This document shows positions 23,522 to 33,967 of a DNA stretch of 64,000 nucleotides, piece by piece. Position 1 is the first letter of the stretch, and the number at the start of each line of letters is the position of its first letter. The translations under genes were made by a program, and so were the position numbers. The notes under the pieces were generated by a model. The model did not search any database, had not been told where the DNA came from, and was given only the letters and a program-made list of their open reading frames with translations. The DNA comes from Cyanobacteriota bacterium (GTDB lineage: Bacteria > Cyanobacteriota > Cyanobacteriia > Cyanobacteriales > Nostocaceae). The DNA lies in the NCBI GenBank assembly GCA_046045965.1, contig JBJOKS010000004.1, positions 128,001 through 192,000 of the forward strand. The letters are read 5' to 3'.

Positions 23522-25558
23522 ATGAACGAAAAAGTAAAATCCGGTTCGCGGAATGTGGCAATTGTTGGACCCTATTTAAGTGGAAAAACTACTTTATTAG
23601 AAAGTTTGTTATTGGTCACCGGAGCGATTTCTCGCAAAGGTAACATTAAAGATGGTAACACAGTCGGAGATAGTGCCAACGAAGCACGCGATCGCCGCAT
23701 GAGTGTGGAAGTATCCGCAGCGAGTACGGAATATGAAAATACACGCTTCACATTTATAGATTGTCCCGGTTCAGTAGAATTTGCCCAAGAAACATACAAT
23801 GCTTTAATGGGAATTGATGCAGCAATTGTTGTTTGCGAACCCATAAAAGATCGAGTTTTAACTTTAGCACCATTATTTAAATTCCTCGATGATTGGAAAA
23901 TTCCCCACATCGTTTTTGTGAATAAAATGGATCGGGCAAATATTCATGTTTTAGAAACATTAAAAGCCCTCAAATCCGTTTCCAGTCGTCCTTTAGTGCT
24001 GCATCAATACCCCATTATGCAAGGGGAACAACTGACAGGATTTATTGATATGGTAAGTGAACAAGCTTATCAATATCATGCTGGCGGACCTGCTGATCCG
24101 ATCCCATTTCCAGAAGCATTAAAAGCCGAAGAACATCAAGCCAGAGCAGAAATGTTAGAAGCTTTGGCAAATTTTGATGATCATTTGTTGGAAGAATTAT
24201 TAGAAGATATCGAACCACCTCAAGAAGAAATTCTCAAAGATTTAAAACTAGAATTAGGTGCTGATTTAGTAGTACCAGTTTTCTTTGGAATTGCTGAACA
24301 AGATTATGGTGTGAGACCTTTATTAGAAGCAATATTAAGGGAAGCACCAGCACCAGAAACAACAATGGAACGGCGTTTAGAGAAAATCAGCGATACTCCT
24401 TTAGCGCAAGTTCTCAAAACCTTCTATACTCCCCAAGGTGGTAAACTTTCATTAGTGCGAGTATGGCAAGGAACATTAACAGATGGTATTGTTTTAAATG
24501 GCGTTCGTGCTGGTGGTCTTTATCGTTTGATGGGACAACAACAACAGCAAATTAATGAAGCTGTAGCCGGAGAAATTGTTGCTATTTCTAGGTTAGAAGG
24601 AATTAAAACTGGAGATACAATTTCTACAAATTCCCAAACCAAGCAATTACCAAAAGCGGAACAATTAGAACCAGTTTTTGCTTTAGCCATTACACCAGAA
24701 AAACGCAATGATGAAGTAAAACTCAGCAGTGCTATTACTAAGTTATTAGAAGAAGATCCTTCTTTAGCTTGGGAACAACATGGTGATACTCATGAAGTAA
24801 TTTTGTGGGGACAAGGGGAAATACATTTGCAAGTTGCGTTAGATAGACTCAGACGCAAATATAACTTACCCATGTCTACCCATCTTCCCCAAATTCCCTA
24901 TAAAGAAACCATTCGCAAACCTGTAAACTCAGTTCATGGACGTTATAAACATCAAAGCGGTGGTCATGGACAATTTGGGGATGTGTTCTTAGATATCCAA
25001 CCTTTACCAAGAGGAGAAGGTTTCAATTTCAATGAAAAAATAGTTGGTGGTGTTGTTCCTAGACAATATATTCCTGGGGTAGAAATGGGTGTGAAAGAAT
25101 TTCTTGCACATGGTCCTTTAGGTTTCCCGATGGTTGATGTTGCAGTAACATTAACTAATGGTTCTTATCACACCGTTGATAGTTCCGAACAAGCTTTTAA
25201 ACAAGCTGCACGTCTCGCAATGCAAACGGGAGTACCCCAAGCGCAACCTACTTTGTTAGAACCAATTTTAAAGATAGATGTGAATACTCCCAGCGAGTTT
25301 ACTTCTAAAGTTTTACAACTTTTAAGTGGTAGACGGGGGCAAATTTTAGGTTACGAAGGTAGACAAGATTGGTCAGGATGGGATAAAGTTTGTGCATACT
25401 TACCTCAAGCAGAAATGCACGATTTTATCGTAGAATTGCGATCGCTTACTCTTGGTGTTGGTTCTTTCCATTGGGAACAAGATCACCTCCAAGAAGTACC
25501 AGAAAAGCTGGCTGAACGCATTCTAGTTACTAATGGTAATGGTGGTAACGGTAAATAG
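23522..25558 (+). CDS. Elongation factor G paralogue (EF-G2-like)
   Basis: GPYLSGKTT, DCPG, NKMD, GQGEIHL, YKHQSGGHGQFG, YHTVDSS, LLEPI. Confidence 0.9.
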   Translation: MNEKVKSGSRNVAIVGPYLSGKTTLLESLLLVTGAISRKGNIKDGNTVGDSANEARDRRMSVEVSAASTEYENTRFTFIDCPGSVEFAQETYNALMGIDAAIVVCEPIKDRVLTLAPLFKFLDDWKIPHIVFVNKMDRANIHVLETLKALKSVSSRPLVLHQYPIMQGEQLTGFIDMVSEQAYQYHAGGPADPIPFPEALKAEEHQARAEMLEALANFDDHLLEELLEDIEPPQEEILKDLKLELGADLVVPVFFGIAEQDYGVRPLLEAILREAPAPETTMERRLEKISDTPLAQVLKTFYTPQGGKLSLVRVWQGTLTDGIVLNGVRAGGLYRLMGQQQQQINEAVAGEIVAISRLEGIKTGDTISTNSQTKQLPKAEQLEPVFALAITPEKRNDEVKLSSAITKLLEEDPSLAWEQHGDTHEVILWGQGEIHLQVALDRLRRKYNLPMSTHLPQIPYKETIRKPVNSVHGRYKHQSGGHGQFGDVFLDIQPLPRGEGFNFNEKIVGGVVPRQYIPGVEMGVKEFLAHGPLGFPMVDVAVTLTNGSYHTVDSSEQAFKQAARLAMQTGVPQAQPTLLEPILKIDVNTPSEFTSKVLQLLSGRRGQILGYEGRQDWSGWDKVCAYLPQAEMHDFIVELRSLTLGVGSFHWEQDHLQEVPEKLAERILVTNGNGGNGK

Positions 25559-25672
25559 TTTAATCATCTCGTTCCCAGTCTCTGACTGGGAATGCTATCA
25601 GGAAGGTTCTACCTTCCTTTTTTTGTCTCACGCAGAGGCGCAGAGGCGCAGAGAGAGACAGAAACATCAAGT

Positions 25673-26134
25673 TTATTCTGGTAAATAATCTTGATTTAAA
25701 ATTTCATCTGTAGTAAAAGGACAGTCTACAGGAAAAGTATCAAGTGATAACCCTGTTTCTAGGGAAGCTTGTTTTCTAGCATCTTGATAACATTCGCTAA
25801 AGACCTCGGATAAATATTTTTTTAAACTGGGACTTTCGGTTAATTCTTCTTTCAATCTGCGTCTATGTTCAAAAATGGTAGATAACCAACTATTACTGCG
25901 TTTTTCAGGTTGATATTTATATTTGAGAAGGTGCATTAATAAAATTAATAAGTTACTTTTTAATGCTCTTTTTTCACTTCTTCCCATGCTTTCGATTTCT
26001 TCAATCAAATTAGTTAAGTCAATTTCTATAAAGTTACCGTCTTTTAATTGTTTAGCTGTTGTTTCTATCCACAAATAAAAATCTTCATCATAAAGATTTG
26101 AACTAGCAAGGTTTGTAGGTTGAGTTGCTTTCAT
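25673..26134 (-). CDS. DUF29 family protein
   Basis: LYDEDFYLW, NLIEEIESMGRSEK, LLMHLLKY, SPSLK, FPVDCPF. Confidence 0.9.
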   Translation of the reverse strand: MKATQPTNLASSNLYDEDFYLWIETTAKQLKDGNFIEIDLTNLIEEIESMGRSEKRALKSNLLILLMHLLKYKYQPEKRSNSWLSTIFEHRRRLKEELTESPSLKKYLSEVFSECYQDARKQASLETGLSLDTFPVDCPFTTDEILNQDYLPE

Positions 26135-26421
26135 CTGCTGGAAACCTCCTCAAAGAAATTTTGAGATTTTGGGGTAGTTTTTTGCTTGCATTGATGAAAT
26201 TATATATTACATGAAAATAATATTCCATGAAATCATGCTATTTGGTTTAACCCATTCACCATTACCTGAAAATATTAAAGAAAATCTTAAATAGGTATTA
26301 AGGTATCCAAATAGGATTGACAACAATAGTATAAAATAACGATTCATGACCAAACCTTAAACTCAATATTATACTTGTATGTTAAGTATATACAACATCT
26401 TAACAACACAGGAAAATCATT

Positions 26422-27318
26422 ATGGGCTTTATATTCTCGCTTCTCACAAGTCTCATAGCTAGTCTCATCTATCTCCAAAGCAGCAAAATCACCAGCACCA
26501 AGACTCAACTAGCAGTCCGTGGAATTACCATATTAATTGGTAGTATTGCCTTACTAGCTTCAATTTCTAGATTATTAGTAATTGTTCCACCGGGAAATGT
26601 GGGTGTAATCAACCTATTTGGTAAAGTTGCTGATAATACCCTAGATTCCGGTGTTCATGTAGTTAACCCCTTTGCTAAAGTGTTGAATTTTTCCACTCGT
26701 CTTAAAGATATTAAGGAAAACATAGACACAACATCTCAAGAAGGTTTAATTTTAAATCTTGATGTCAGTTTGCAATATAAACTCGACCCCCAAAAAGCAG
26801 CGATAGTTTATAAAACCATTGGAACTGATGAAAAAGAATTGATTATTTCTAGATTTCGTTCTACAGTCCGCGCTATTACAGCCAACTATCCAGCTAGTGC
26901 AATTTACTCTACAAAACGCCAGGAAATAGTTCAAAAAATTGACCAACAACTCACCCAGGACATACCAAACTTAGGTTTTATTGTTGACCAAGCACTTTTG
27001 AGAAATGTGAAAATGCCGGATACTCTGCAAACAGCTATTCAACAAAAACTCAAAGCTGAACAAGAAAATGAACAAATGAAATTTGTGTTAGAAAAAGAGC
27101 GTCAAGAAGCTGAAAGGAAGAAAATTGAAGCTAAAGGTATAGCTGATTCTCAAAAAATTATCTCTGGTGGACTCACTAACCAAATTCTACAATTACGTGC
27201 CATTGAAGCAACAGAAAAACTGGCTCAATCTCATAATTCTAAAGTTGTAGTTATCGGTGCTGAAAAAGGGGGAACACCTATTTTAATTCAGGCAGAAACA
27301 GGAACATCAAAACCTTAA
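26422..27318 (+). CDS. SPFH/Band 7 (prohibitin-like) protein
   Basis: N-terminal TM, SPFH core, coiled coil EKERQEAERKKIEAKG. Confidence 0.88.
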   Translation: MGFIFSLLTSLIASLIYLQSSKITSTKTQLAVRGITILIGSIALLASISRLLVIVPPGNVGVINLFGKVADNTLDSGVHVVNPFAKVLNFSTRLKDIKENIDTTSQEGLILNLDVSLQYKLDPQKAAIVYKTIGTDEKELIISRFRSTVRAITANYPASAIYSTKRQEIVQKIDQQLTQDIPNLGFIVDQALLRNVKMPDTLQTAIQQKLKAEQENEQMKFVLEKERQEAERKKIEAKGIADSQKIISGGLTNQILQLRAIEATEKLAQSHNSKVVVIGAEKGGTPILIQAETGTSKP

Positions 27319-27375
27319 AGAATTAAAAATTAACAATTAAAGATTAACAATTAAAAATTAAAAACTTTTTGGTTG

Positions 27376-27570
27376 TTATTCATCATCACTACCAAAAGTC
27401 ACACAAGGACTGTCAATTTCCACCGCTGGAGTGAATGAACTACAGAAAGTTACAGTTGCACAATTGACCCCCAACTCATCAGGATGAGTGCATTCTAATT
27501 TCATAAAAAAAGCACATTCTTCACAAATACTATTACATGACTTTGGTTGCGTGTCGCTGGAGTCTAACAT
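27376..27570 (-). CDS. Small Cys-rich acidic hypothetical protein
   Basis: 64 aa with 7 Cys including CxxxCxxC and CxH; ATG start. Confidence 0.5.
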   Translation of the reverse strand: MLDSSDTQPKSCNSICEECAFFMKLECTHPDELGVNCATVTFCSSFTPAVEIDSPCVTFGSDDE

Positions 27571-27935
27571 AATTCAAAACTCTGGAGAGAATATAAAACC
27601 CACTACACTGGGTGTGCTGTAGTGGGAATAGCAGTAACAAACAATGTCATTTTGATCATCTGTTATTTATGTAACTAATTTAATTCTTTCATGCAAAAAT
27701 TGCATCAATATCTTGCATTAATAGCAAGTTAACCACAAAACAAAATTTGGCAATGAATGCTTATCACAAACTTGGTATATTGTCAAGCGTAAATCAGAAA
27801 AATGCGAAGTAGTCCCCAACGAGAAATTTCAGGACATGAATTCAGAATAGGATTAATCAGGGCTGGAAAATGCCAACCCATGTAATTTTAGATTTTGGAT
27901 TTTAGATTTTAGATTTTGGATTTTGGATTTTGGAT

Positions 27936-29219
27936 TTAATTTTTATTCGTTGTTGTAGTATTTTTAGCAGCTTGTTGACCTAGAACCTCAATAGCTTTAG
28001 CAAATTGCGGATCTTCTAAAGTAGCCAGTTTATCTCGTTCCTTGAGCCACAAATCTTGTCTTTGAGCATCGGTTAAATCAACTTTTACATCTGGATCAAT
28101 ACCATGCTTGTTAATATCTTTACCACTAGGTGTATGATATTTAGCAATAGTCACCGCTAGTCCTGAACCATCTTCCAACGGACGCACAGATTGTACCAAA
28201 CCCTTACCAAAAGTTTGCGTACCAATTATCGTCGCACGTTTATTGTCCTGCAAAGCGCCAGAGAGAATTTCACTAGCACTAGCTGAACCCTTATCTACCA
28301 ATACCACCAAAGGTTTATTCGTCAAAGCACGTCCCCTAGCTATTTCCCGTTCTTGCTCTCCTTGACGGTTAATAGTAGAGACAATAGTTCCTCTATCTAA
28401 CCACATCCGGGCAATGTCTACACTGGAAAATAATAAACCACCAGGATTACCCCGCAAATCCAAAACGTAAGCAGTTACGTTTTTAGCCTCTAATTTATTA
28501 ATAGCATCTCTCATTTCTTTACCAGCATTAGCACTGAATTGGTTCAGGCGAATGTAACCAATATTACCTGCTGGAGTTTGTTTTTCAGAGAACTTAACCG
28601 GATGAATTTCAATCCGCGCTCGTGTGATGTCAAATAATTTTTTCTGACCATTACGCAGAATTTTCAGCTTGACTTTGGTTCCTGCTTCACCCCGAATTAA
28701 AGAAACAGCTTGGTTAGTGTCCATGCCTTTGGTGCTTTTACCATCAATTTCCAGGATGACATCTTTAGCCAGAATTCCCATTTTAAAGGCAGGTGTATCC
28801 TCAATCGGGGAAATCACAACCAATTGCTTAGTTTTTTCATCCTGACTAATGGTGATACCAATACCTGTGAGTTCTCCAGAGGTATCAACCTGCATATTCT
28901 TGAATTCCTCTGGGTCCATAAACCGGGTATAAGGGTCTTCTAGCTTTTTCAGCATTTCCCGGATGGACTTATAAGCTTCCTGTTGATTACTGTAGGACTT
29001 GCTTAAATATTCTTTACGAACAGCTTGCCAATCTACTTGATTAAAAGTTCCATCTACATATTGACGGTGAACAATTTGCCAAACTTCATCTATCAACTCT
29101 TTGGGACTTGCTTTAAATAAAGCCTGACCACGGGAGTGAATACCAAGACTAGTAACAGCAATTGTAGAAAGCGTCACTGCTGTAGCACCTAAAACAAGTC
29201 TACTTTTTGTAATCACCAT
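27936..29219 (-). CDS. Carboxyl-terminal processing protease (S41, Ctp family)
   Basis: PDZ GIGI, DLRGNPGG, SASASEI, TFGKGLVQ. Confidence 0.95.
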   Translation of the reverse strand: MVITKSRLVLGATAVTLSTIAVTSLGIHSRGQALFKASPKELIDEVWQIVHRQYVDGTFNQVDWQAVRKEYLSKSYSNQQEAYKSIREMLKKLEDPYTRFMDPEEFKNMQVDTSGELTGIGITISQDEKTKQLVVISPIEDTPAFKMGILAKDVILEIDGKSTKGMDTNQAVSLIRGEAGTKVKLKILRNGQKKLFDITRARIEIHPVKFSEKQTPAGNIGYIRLNQFSANAGKEMRDAINKLEAKNVTAYVLDLRGNPGGLLFSSVDIARMWLDRGTIVSTINRQGEQEREIARGRALTNKPLVVLVDKGSASASEILSGALQDNKRATIIGTQTFGKGLVQSVRPLEDGSGLAVTIAKYHTPSGKDINKHGIDPDVKVDLTDAQRQDLWLKERDKLATLEDPQFAKAIEVLGQQAAKNTTTTNKN

Positions 29220-29382
29220 AATGACCAGCTGCGTCAGAGGGAAAATTTTATAGTCAGTATGCCCAATCTAACACAGGGATTGAGAATTGGGGATTGGGAA
29301 TTGGGAATTGGGAATTGGTAATTGGTAATTGGTAATTGGGACAACTCTTACCCAGTCCCCAGTCCCCAGTAAAGAGTCCCTT

Positions 29383-30609
29383 TTAAGGATCTACCCAACG
29401 TCCATCAGCTTTAATCAAATTGATTAACTCTTCTACACCTTGATTTTCTGGGACTTTTTTAATTTCTTCCCTGCCACGATATAAAGAAATGTAACCGGGT
29501 GTTTTGCCAACATAACCATAGTCAGCATCTGCCATTTCTCCTGGTCCATTGACAATGCAACCCATAACGGCAATATCTAAACCTGTCAGGTGTTTGGTTG
29601 CTTCTCTGACAGTGTGCAGCACTTCTTCTAAATTAAATAAAGTTCTGCCGCAAGAAGGACAAGCGACATACTCAACCATTGTTTTCCGCAAACCTAAAGC
29701 TTGCAGAATGCTGTAACAAACGGGAATTTCTTTTTCTGGTGCTTCTGTTAAAGAGACGCGAATTGTATCACCGATACCATCAGCTAATAAGGTGGCAATT
29801 CCGGCTGTAGATTTAATTCTGCCATATTCCCCATCACCAGCTTCGGTTACACCTAGATGTAAAGGATAGTCCATACCCAAATCATCCATGCGTTTGGCCA
29901 TCAACCGATATGCAGCTACCATCACAGGAACTCGTGAGGCTTTCATGGAAATGACGATGTTGCGAAAATCCAAAGATTCACAAATGCGGATGAATTCTAA
30001 GGCAGATTCTACCATCCCTTCTGGGGTGTCACCGTAGGTAAATAGCATTCTTTCTGCTAAGGACCCATGATTTACGCCAATACGCATTGCTTTACCTTGG
30101 TCACGTAGGGAAATTACCAAAGGTGCTAAGGTTTCGCGGATTTTTTCGCCAATTTCGTCAAATTCAGCTTTTGTATATTCGGTGCGGGTGGTGTTTGGTT
30201 TTTCAAATACATACAAACCTGGATTAATTCGCACTTTTTCAATGTGTTTGGCGACTTCCAGGGCAATTTTCATACCGTTGTGATGGACATCGGCGACAAT
30301 GGGAACATCACGGTATGTTTTGATTAATTTTTGTTTAATTTCCGCTAAGGCTTTGGCGTGTCCTAGACTGGGAACTGTAACGCGGACTATTTCGCAGCCT
30401 ATTTCATGGAGACGACGAATACCCGCTACAGAACCATCAATGTCTAGGGTATCTTCGTTAATCATTGATTGTACTACCACAGGGTATCCTCCCCCAATGG
30501 TGACATCTCCCACCTTGACAGGACGGGTTTTGCGGCGTTTGATGGTGGTGTCAAAGACTGGTTGACTAGATGCTGTGTTGCTGGTTTCAAGGGTTGATAG
30601 GGTTTGCAT
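29383..30609 (-). CDS. ispG: HMBPP synthase
   Basis: [45 protein letters not shown] at 30609 preferred. Confidence 0.96.
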   Translation of the reverse strand: MQTLSTLETSNTASSQPVFDTTIKRRKTRPVKVGDVTIGGGYPVVVQSMINEDTLDIDGSVAGIRRLHEIGCEIVRVTVPSLGHAKALAEIKQKLIKTYRDVPIVADVHHNGMKIALEVAKHIEKVRINPGLYVFEKPNTTRTEYTKAEFDEIGEKIRETLAPLVISLRDQGKAMRIGVNHGSLAERMLFTYGDTPEGMVESALEFIRICESLDFRNIVISMKASRVPVMVAAYRLMAKRMDDLGMDYPLHLGVTEAGDGEYGRIKSTAGIATLLADGIGDTIRVSLTEAPEKEIPVCYSILQALGLRKTMVEYVACPSCGRTLFNLEEVLHTVREATKHLTGLDIAVMGCIVNGPGEMADADYGYVGKTPGYISLYRGREEIKKVPENQGVEELINLIKADGRWVDP

Positions 30610-30813
30610 AGCCTCAACAGGTAGATTTTCTGTAGCTAAAATATCAGATTGCAAGGGGTTCTGTTTCTCAGATTGCCACAGTTGGGGCTATTTTGGGGGA
30701 TGAAATGGCGAAAAGTTAGAATTGTGATCTCAAAACCTTCTTCAGCTAATTGGGTGGCAAAACGACACCACAGTGTTAAAATTAGATTTGATGGATGATA
30801 CAAAGAACAAGCC

Positions 30814-31104
30814 ATGCCTTCCACTTCTTCTGTTAATGATGCAAGGGTGACAGCAAGGATTTCCTCTCAGGTTAAGGAAACTTTGGAACAAGCAGCAGCA
30901 ATATCTGGAGCGACTTTAAACCAGTTTTTGGTTCAATCAGCACTCAAAGAAGCTCACAAAATTCTAGAAGCAGAACGGGTAATTCATTTATCCCAACAAG
31001 ATTCTAATAGAGTTTTTAGCCTCATTGAAAATCCTCCTGAACCTAATTCGGCTTTAAAAGCTGCTGCTGTTAAACATCAAGAATTTTTCCGTGAAAATCA
31101 TTGA
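30814..31104 (+). CDS. DUF1778 RHH antitoxin (TacA/AtaR-like)
   Basis: ARVTARIS...LEQAAAISGATLNQFLVQSA...LIENPPEPN.ALKAA. Confidence 0.88.
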   Translation: MPSTSSVNDARVTARISSQVKETLEQAAAISGATLNQFLVQSALKEAHKILEAERVIHLSQQDSNRVFSLIENPPEPNSALKAAAVKHQEFFRENH

Positions 31105-31407
31105 ACTTCTGCATAAATCCCATAATCGTGAAAGTTTTAATTGTGGTAATGAAATACTAAATCAATTTCTGGCTCGAACAGCACGTCTACAGAAAATTGC
31201 CAAGGTCAAGGAATAGGTGAAATTTTGATGATTGAAGCAATGAAACGAGCTTTGGTAATTTCTGAAAATGCGGGAGTAATTGGTCTATTTGTTGATGCTA
31301 AAGATGAAAAAGCCCAAACTTATTATCAACGTTATGGCTTTGTTAGTCTTGTAGATATTCCTTTGGAAATGTTTTTACCTCTAGAAACCATTAAACAGCT
31401 ATTTTGA
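31091..31407 (+). pseudogene. GNAT toxin with internal deletion and frameshift
   Basis: GTG at 31091 reads KIIELLHKSHNRESFNCGNEILNQFLARTAR, then jumps frame to QGQGIGEILMIEA...LFVDAKDEKAQTYYQRYGF; central region missing. Confidence 0.82.
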
Positions 31408-31490
31408 GGACTGAATCTAATTTATCATTTCTGCTCACTCTTTATGAAAAATCAGCAGATATTAATTAATCATTTTGGGAGGTTTGGAAA

Positions 31491-31967
31491 ATGTCAACAG
31501 CAATTTCTACCTTTACTCAGCATTTAGATCTTTCTCAATCAGAAATAGAAACAATACTTTCCACACCGTTAGATGAGGTGCTTAATTCACCAGCATTAAA
31601 ACAAGAATTAGCTAGTTTAGATATTCAATTATTACGTGAAACTTTACCCACAGCAGGACAAGTTTTAGCAGAGAATTTACCGCCTTTTTATCATTGGTTA
31701 AAAAACGAGTTAGGCGTTAAACGTGTTCCTGATAGTCCAGATCATACGACAAAATGGGTAGTTGGTTTTCTCCATAATCAAGAAAGTTTAAATCACTTAG
31801 TTGAGTTACATCGTCCAGTTCCACCAGCAGCTTTAGAAGAAGCTGTTCCTCGTTTGGTGGGTTTATTTGATGGTGTGCAAGATATCAAAGTTCGTCAGGA
31901 ATGGGAAAAGGCTGTTGCTGCACTTTGTTTAGTTTTAGTTGTTGATAAACGTCAGCATAATTCATAA
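31491..31967 (+). CDS. Conserved hypothetical protein
   Basis: 158 aa ORF with GGAGG Shine-Dalgarno; no motif recognised. Confidence 0.7.
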   Translation: MSTAISTFTQHLDLSQSEIETILSTPLDEVLNSPALKQELASLDIQLLRETLPTAGQVLAENLPPFYHWLKNELGVKRVPDSPDHTTKWVVGFLHNQESLNHLVELHRPVPPAALEEAVPRLVGLFDGVQDIKVRQEWEKAVAALCLVLVVDKRQHNS

Positions 31968-32081
31968 TTGCTGTCAAATTTAAAGATTCAAAATTCACAG
32001 GATTTTTAGAAAAACATGATTTATTGTTGATGAAAATCCTGTAAATTTTTAAATCCTGTAAATCCTGATTCTGAGAAAATT

Positions 32082-32275
32082 GGCTCTTCAGTACCTAATA
32101 TGCTAAATTGTTCTGATAAAATCTGAAAAGGCTTACCGTATAAGGGAAATAATGTTGGTTATTGAAGAAAATGGCTGAAAATGTCTAAATATTCCCTCTT
32201 AATCTCTGTTCCCTGTTCCCTGTTCCCTGTTCCCTCGAACTCAGGTTAAATTAGCATAACAAGTACGGTAGAACC
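32082..32275. mobile_element. 194-bp ISL3-type MITE
   Basis: Imperfect TIRs GGCTCTTCAGTACCTAATATGCTAA and TTAGCATAACAAGTACGGTAGAACC; 8-bp duplication AGAAAATT at 32074-32081 and 32276-32283. Confidence 0.75.
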
Positions 32276-32303
32276 AGAAAATTACAATCCTATTAACACT
32301 AAT

Positions 32304-33695
32304 TCAGAGATTTGGACGATGTTGAATCCAAGGGTTAGCGGCTTCTAATTGTGCTGCTAAACTAATTAAAGTAGACTCAGCGGCTGGTTTACCAACTAAC
32401 TGCACACTGAGGGGTAAACCATTACTATCAAAACCCACAGGAATAGCGATCGCTGGTAATCCTGTAGCATTTGCTACCGGACAAGGGGCAACCCAGTTAA
32501 TAATATTTTGGAATGTTTCTTCTGGACTCAAATCTGCCCATTCTCCAACGCGAATCGGTGAATGCAAATAAACTGGCAAGACTAACACATCTATATTATC
32601 AAAAAAAGCGACTATTGAGCGAGAAACTATCTGCATTTCTGCCAATGCTTGCAAATATTCAGCCGCAGAACCAGTTCTCGCAAATAACCAACGATTCAAA
32701 GGCTGTAAGGCTTCTGGGGGTATTCCTGCTGCTGCTATTCCAGATTGCCAGACAATTTGAAATGGTTCTACTAAACTACTAAAATCAGGACATTTTTCTG
32801 CTACTTGGTGTCCAAATTGTTCTAATAATTGAACTGTTTGTAAAACTCCTTGTTTGCAGTTAGCGTCTGCTGTTCCCAAGGGTGGAATATTGGTACTAAA
32901 AGCTATTTTTAACTTCTGTGTTTTTACTTGAGTTGCTGCAAGAAATGAAGGTTCTGGATCGCTTAACCAATAAGGATCACCTGTAAAATAGCCAGATATC
33001 ACATCTAACATTGCGGCTGCATCTGCTACAGTTCGGGCGATGGGTCCGTTAACAGCTATCCCTCCCAGTCTATCGCCAACTGGTGCTTTTGTCACTCTTC
33101 CTCTGGCTGGTTTAATTCCCACTACACCACAACAAGCCGCAGGTCCACGAATTGAACCACCACCGTCTGAACCTTGAGCGATCGCACTTAATCCCGCTGC
33201 TACTGATGCTGCTGCACCACCGCTAGAACCACCAGGTGTATAGTCTAAGTTCCAAGGGTTTCTAGCTGGGGGAAAACCCGCAGGTTCGCTGTAAGGATAA
33301 GAACCTAATTCGGAAGTGGCTGTTTTCCCAAGAATCGTAAAACCGGCTTGTTTAATTTTGATAACTACGCCATCATCATGGTTAGCGATATTTTTGACTA
33401 AAGCCGGATTTCCGTAAGTGCAGGTAACACCAGCGACAGCGTTTAAATCTTTAATAGAAATTGGTACACCAAAAAATAGTGGTAGTTCTGAGGTAGTTGT
33501 GAGTAATTCTGTTTTGACTTTAGCATCAGCGATCGCTAAATCTGCTGTGACAGTAAAATAACTTCCTAATTGGGGATTGAAGCGAGAAATTCTTTCTAAA
33601 TATATTTCTACCAGTTCGAGGGGTGATATTTCCCGACGATGGATTAATTGCGCTAACTCTAAAGCCGGGGTAAAAGCTAAATCAGTTTCATTCAT
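32304..33695 (-). CDS. Amidase-signature family enzyme
   Basis: GVPISIKDL, PGGSSGG, GSDGGGSIRGPA. Confidence 0.92.
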   Translation of the reverse strand: MNETDLAFTPALELAQLIHRREISPLELVEIYLERISRFNPQLGSYFTVTADLAIADAKVKTELLTTTSELPLFFGVPISIKDLNAVAGVTCTYGNPALVKNIANHDDGVVIKIKQAGFTILGKTATSELGSYPYSEPAGFPPARNPWNLDYTPGGSSGGAAASVAAGLSAIAQGSDGGGSIRGPAACCGVVGIKPARGRVTKAPVGDRLGGIAVNGPIARTVADAAAMLDVISGYFTGDPYWLSDPEPSFLAATQVKTQKLKIAFSTNIPPLGTADANCKQGVLQTVQLLEQFGHQVAEKCPDFSSLVEPFQIVWQSGIAAAGIPPEALQPLNRWLFARTGSAAEYLQALAEMQIVSRSIVAFFDNIDVLVLPVYLHSPIRVGEWADLSPEETFQNIINWVAPCPVANATGLPAIAIPVGFDSNGLPLSVQLVGKPAAESTLISLAAQLEAANPWIQHRPNL

Positions 33696-33967
33696 ATTGA
33701 GGGAACAGGGAACAGGGAACAGGGAATAGGGTTAACAGTTTTTTTGTATCTGAGTGACGACCGTTATATTTTTTGCAATCTTAATTTTTATACATCTATC
33801 AAAAGTTATATATTTTTCATATTTTACGAAAATTAACTTAATGTGTTTATTTTGCTTTTACTTTTTAGCAAGTTATCATTTTCAGATGCCTATGTCTAGA
33901 GATACAAAAAAAATGCGATCGCTTTTTTGGAGTGATCACATTCTTCATTTCTGAAAATTGCAGATAA

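Noticed and set aside
23522..25558. EF-G paralogue as a ribosome-protection resistance gene
   Set aside because: Motifs and context fit the ordinary cyanobacterial EF-G duplicate; no mobile context
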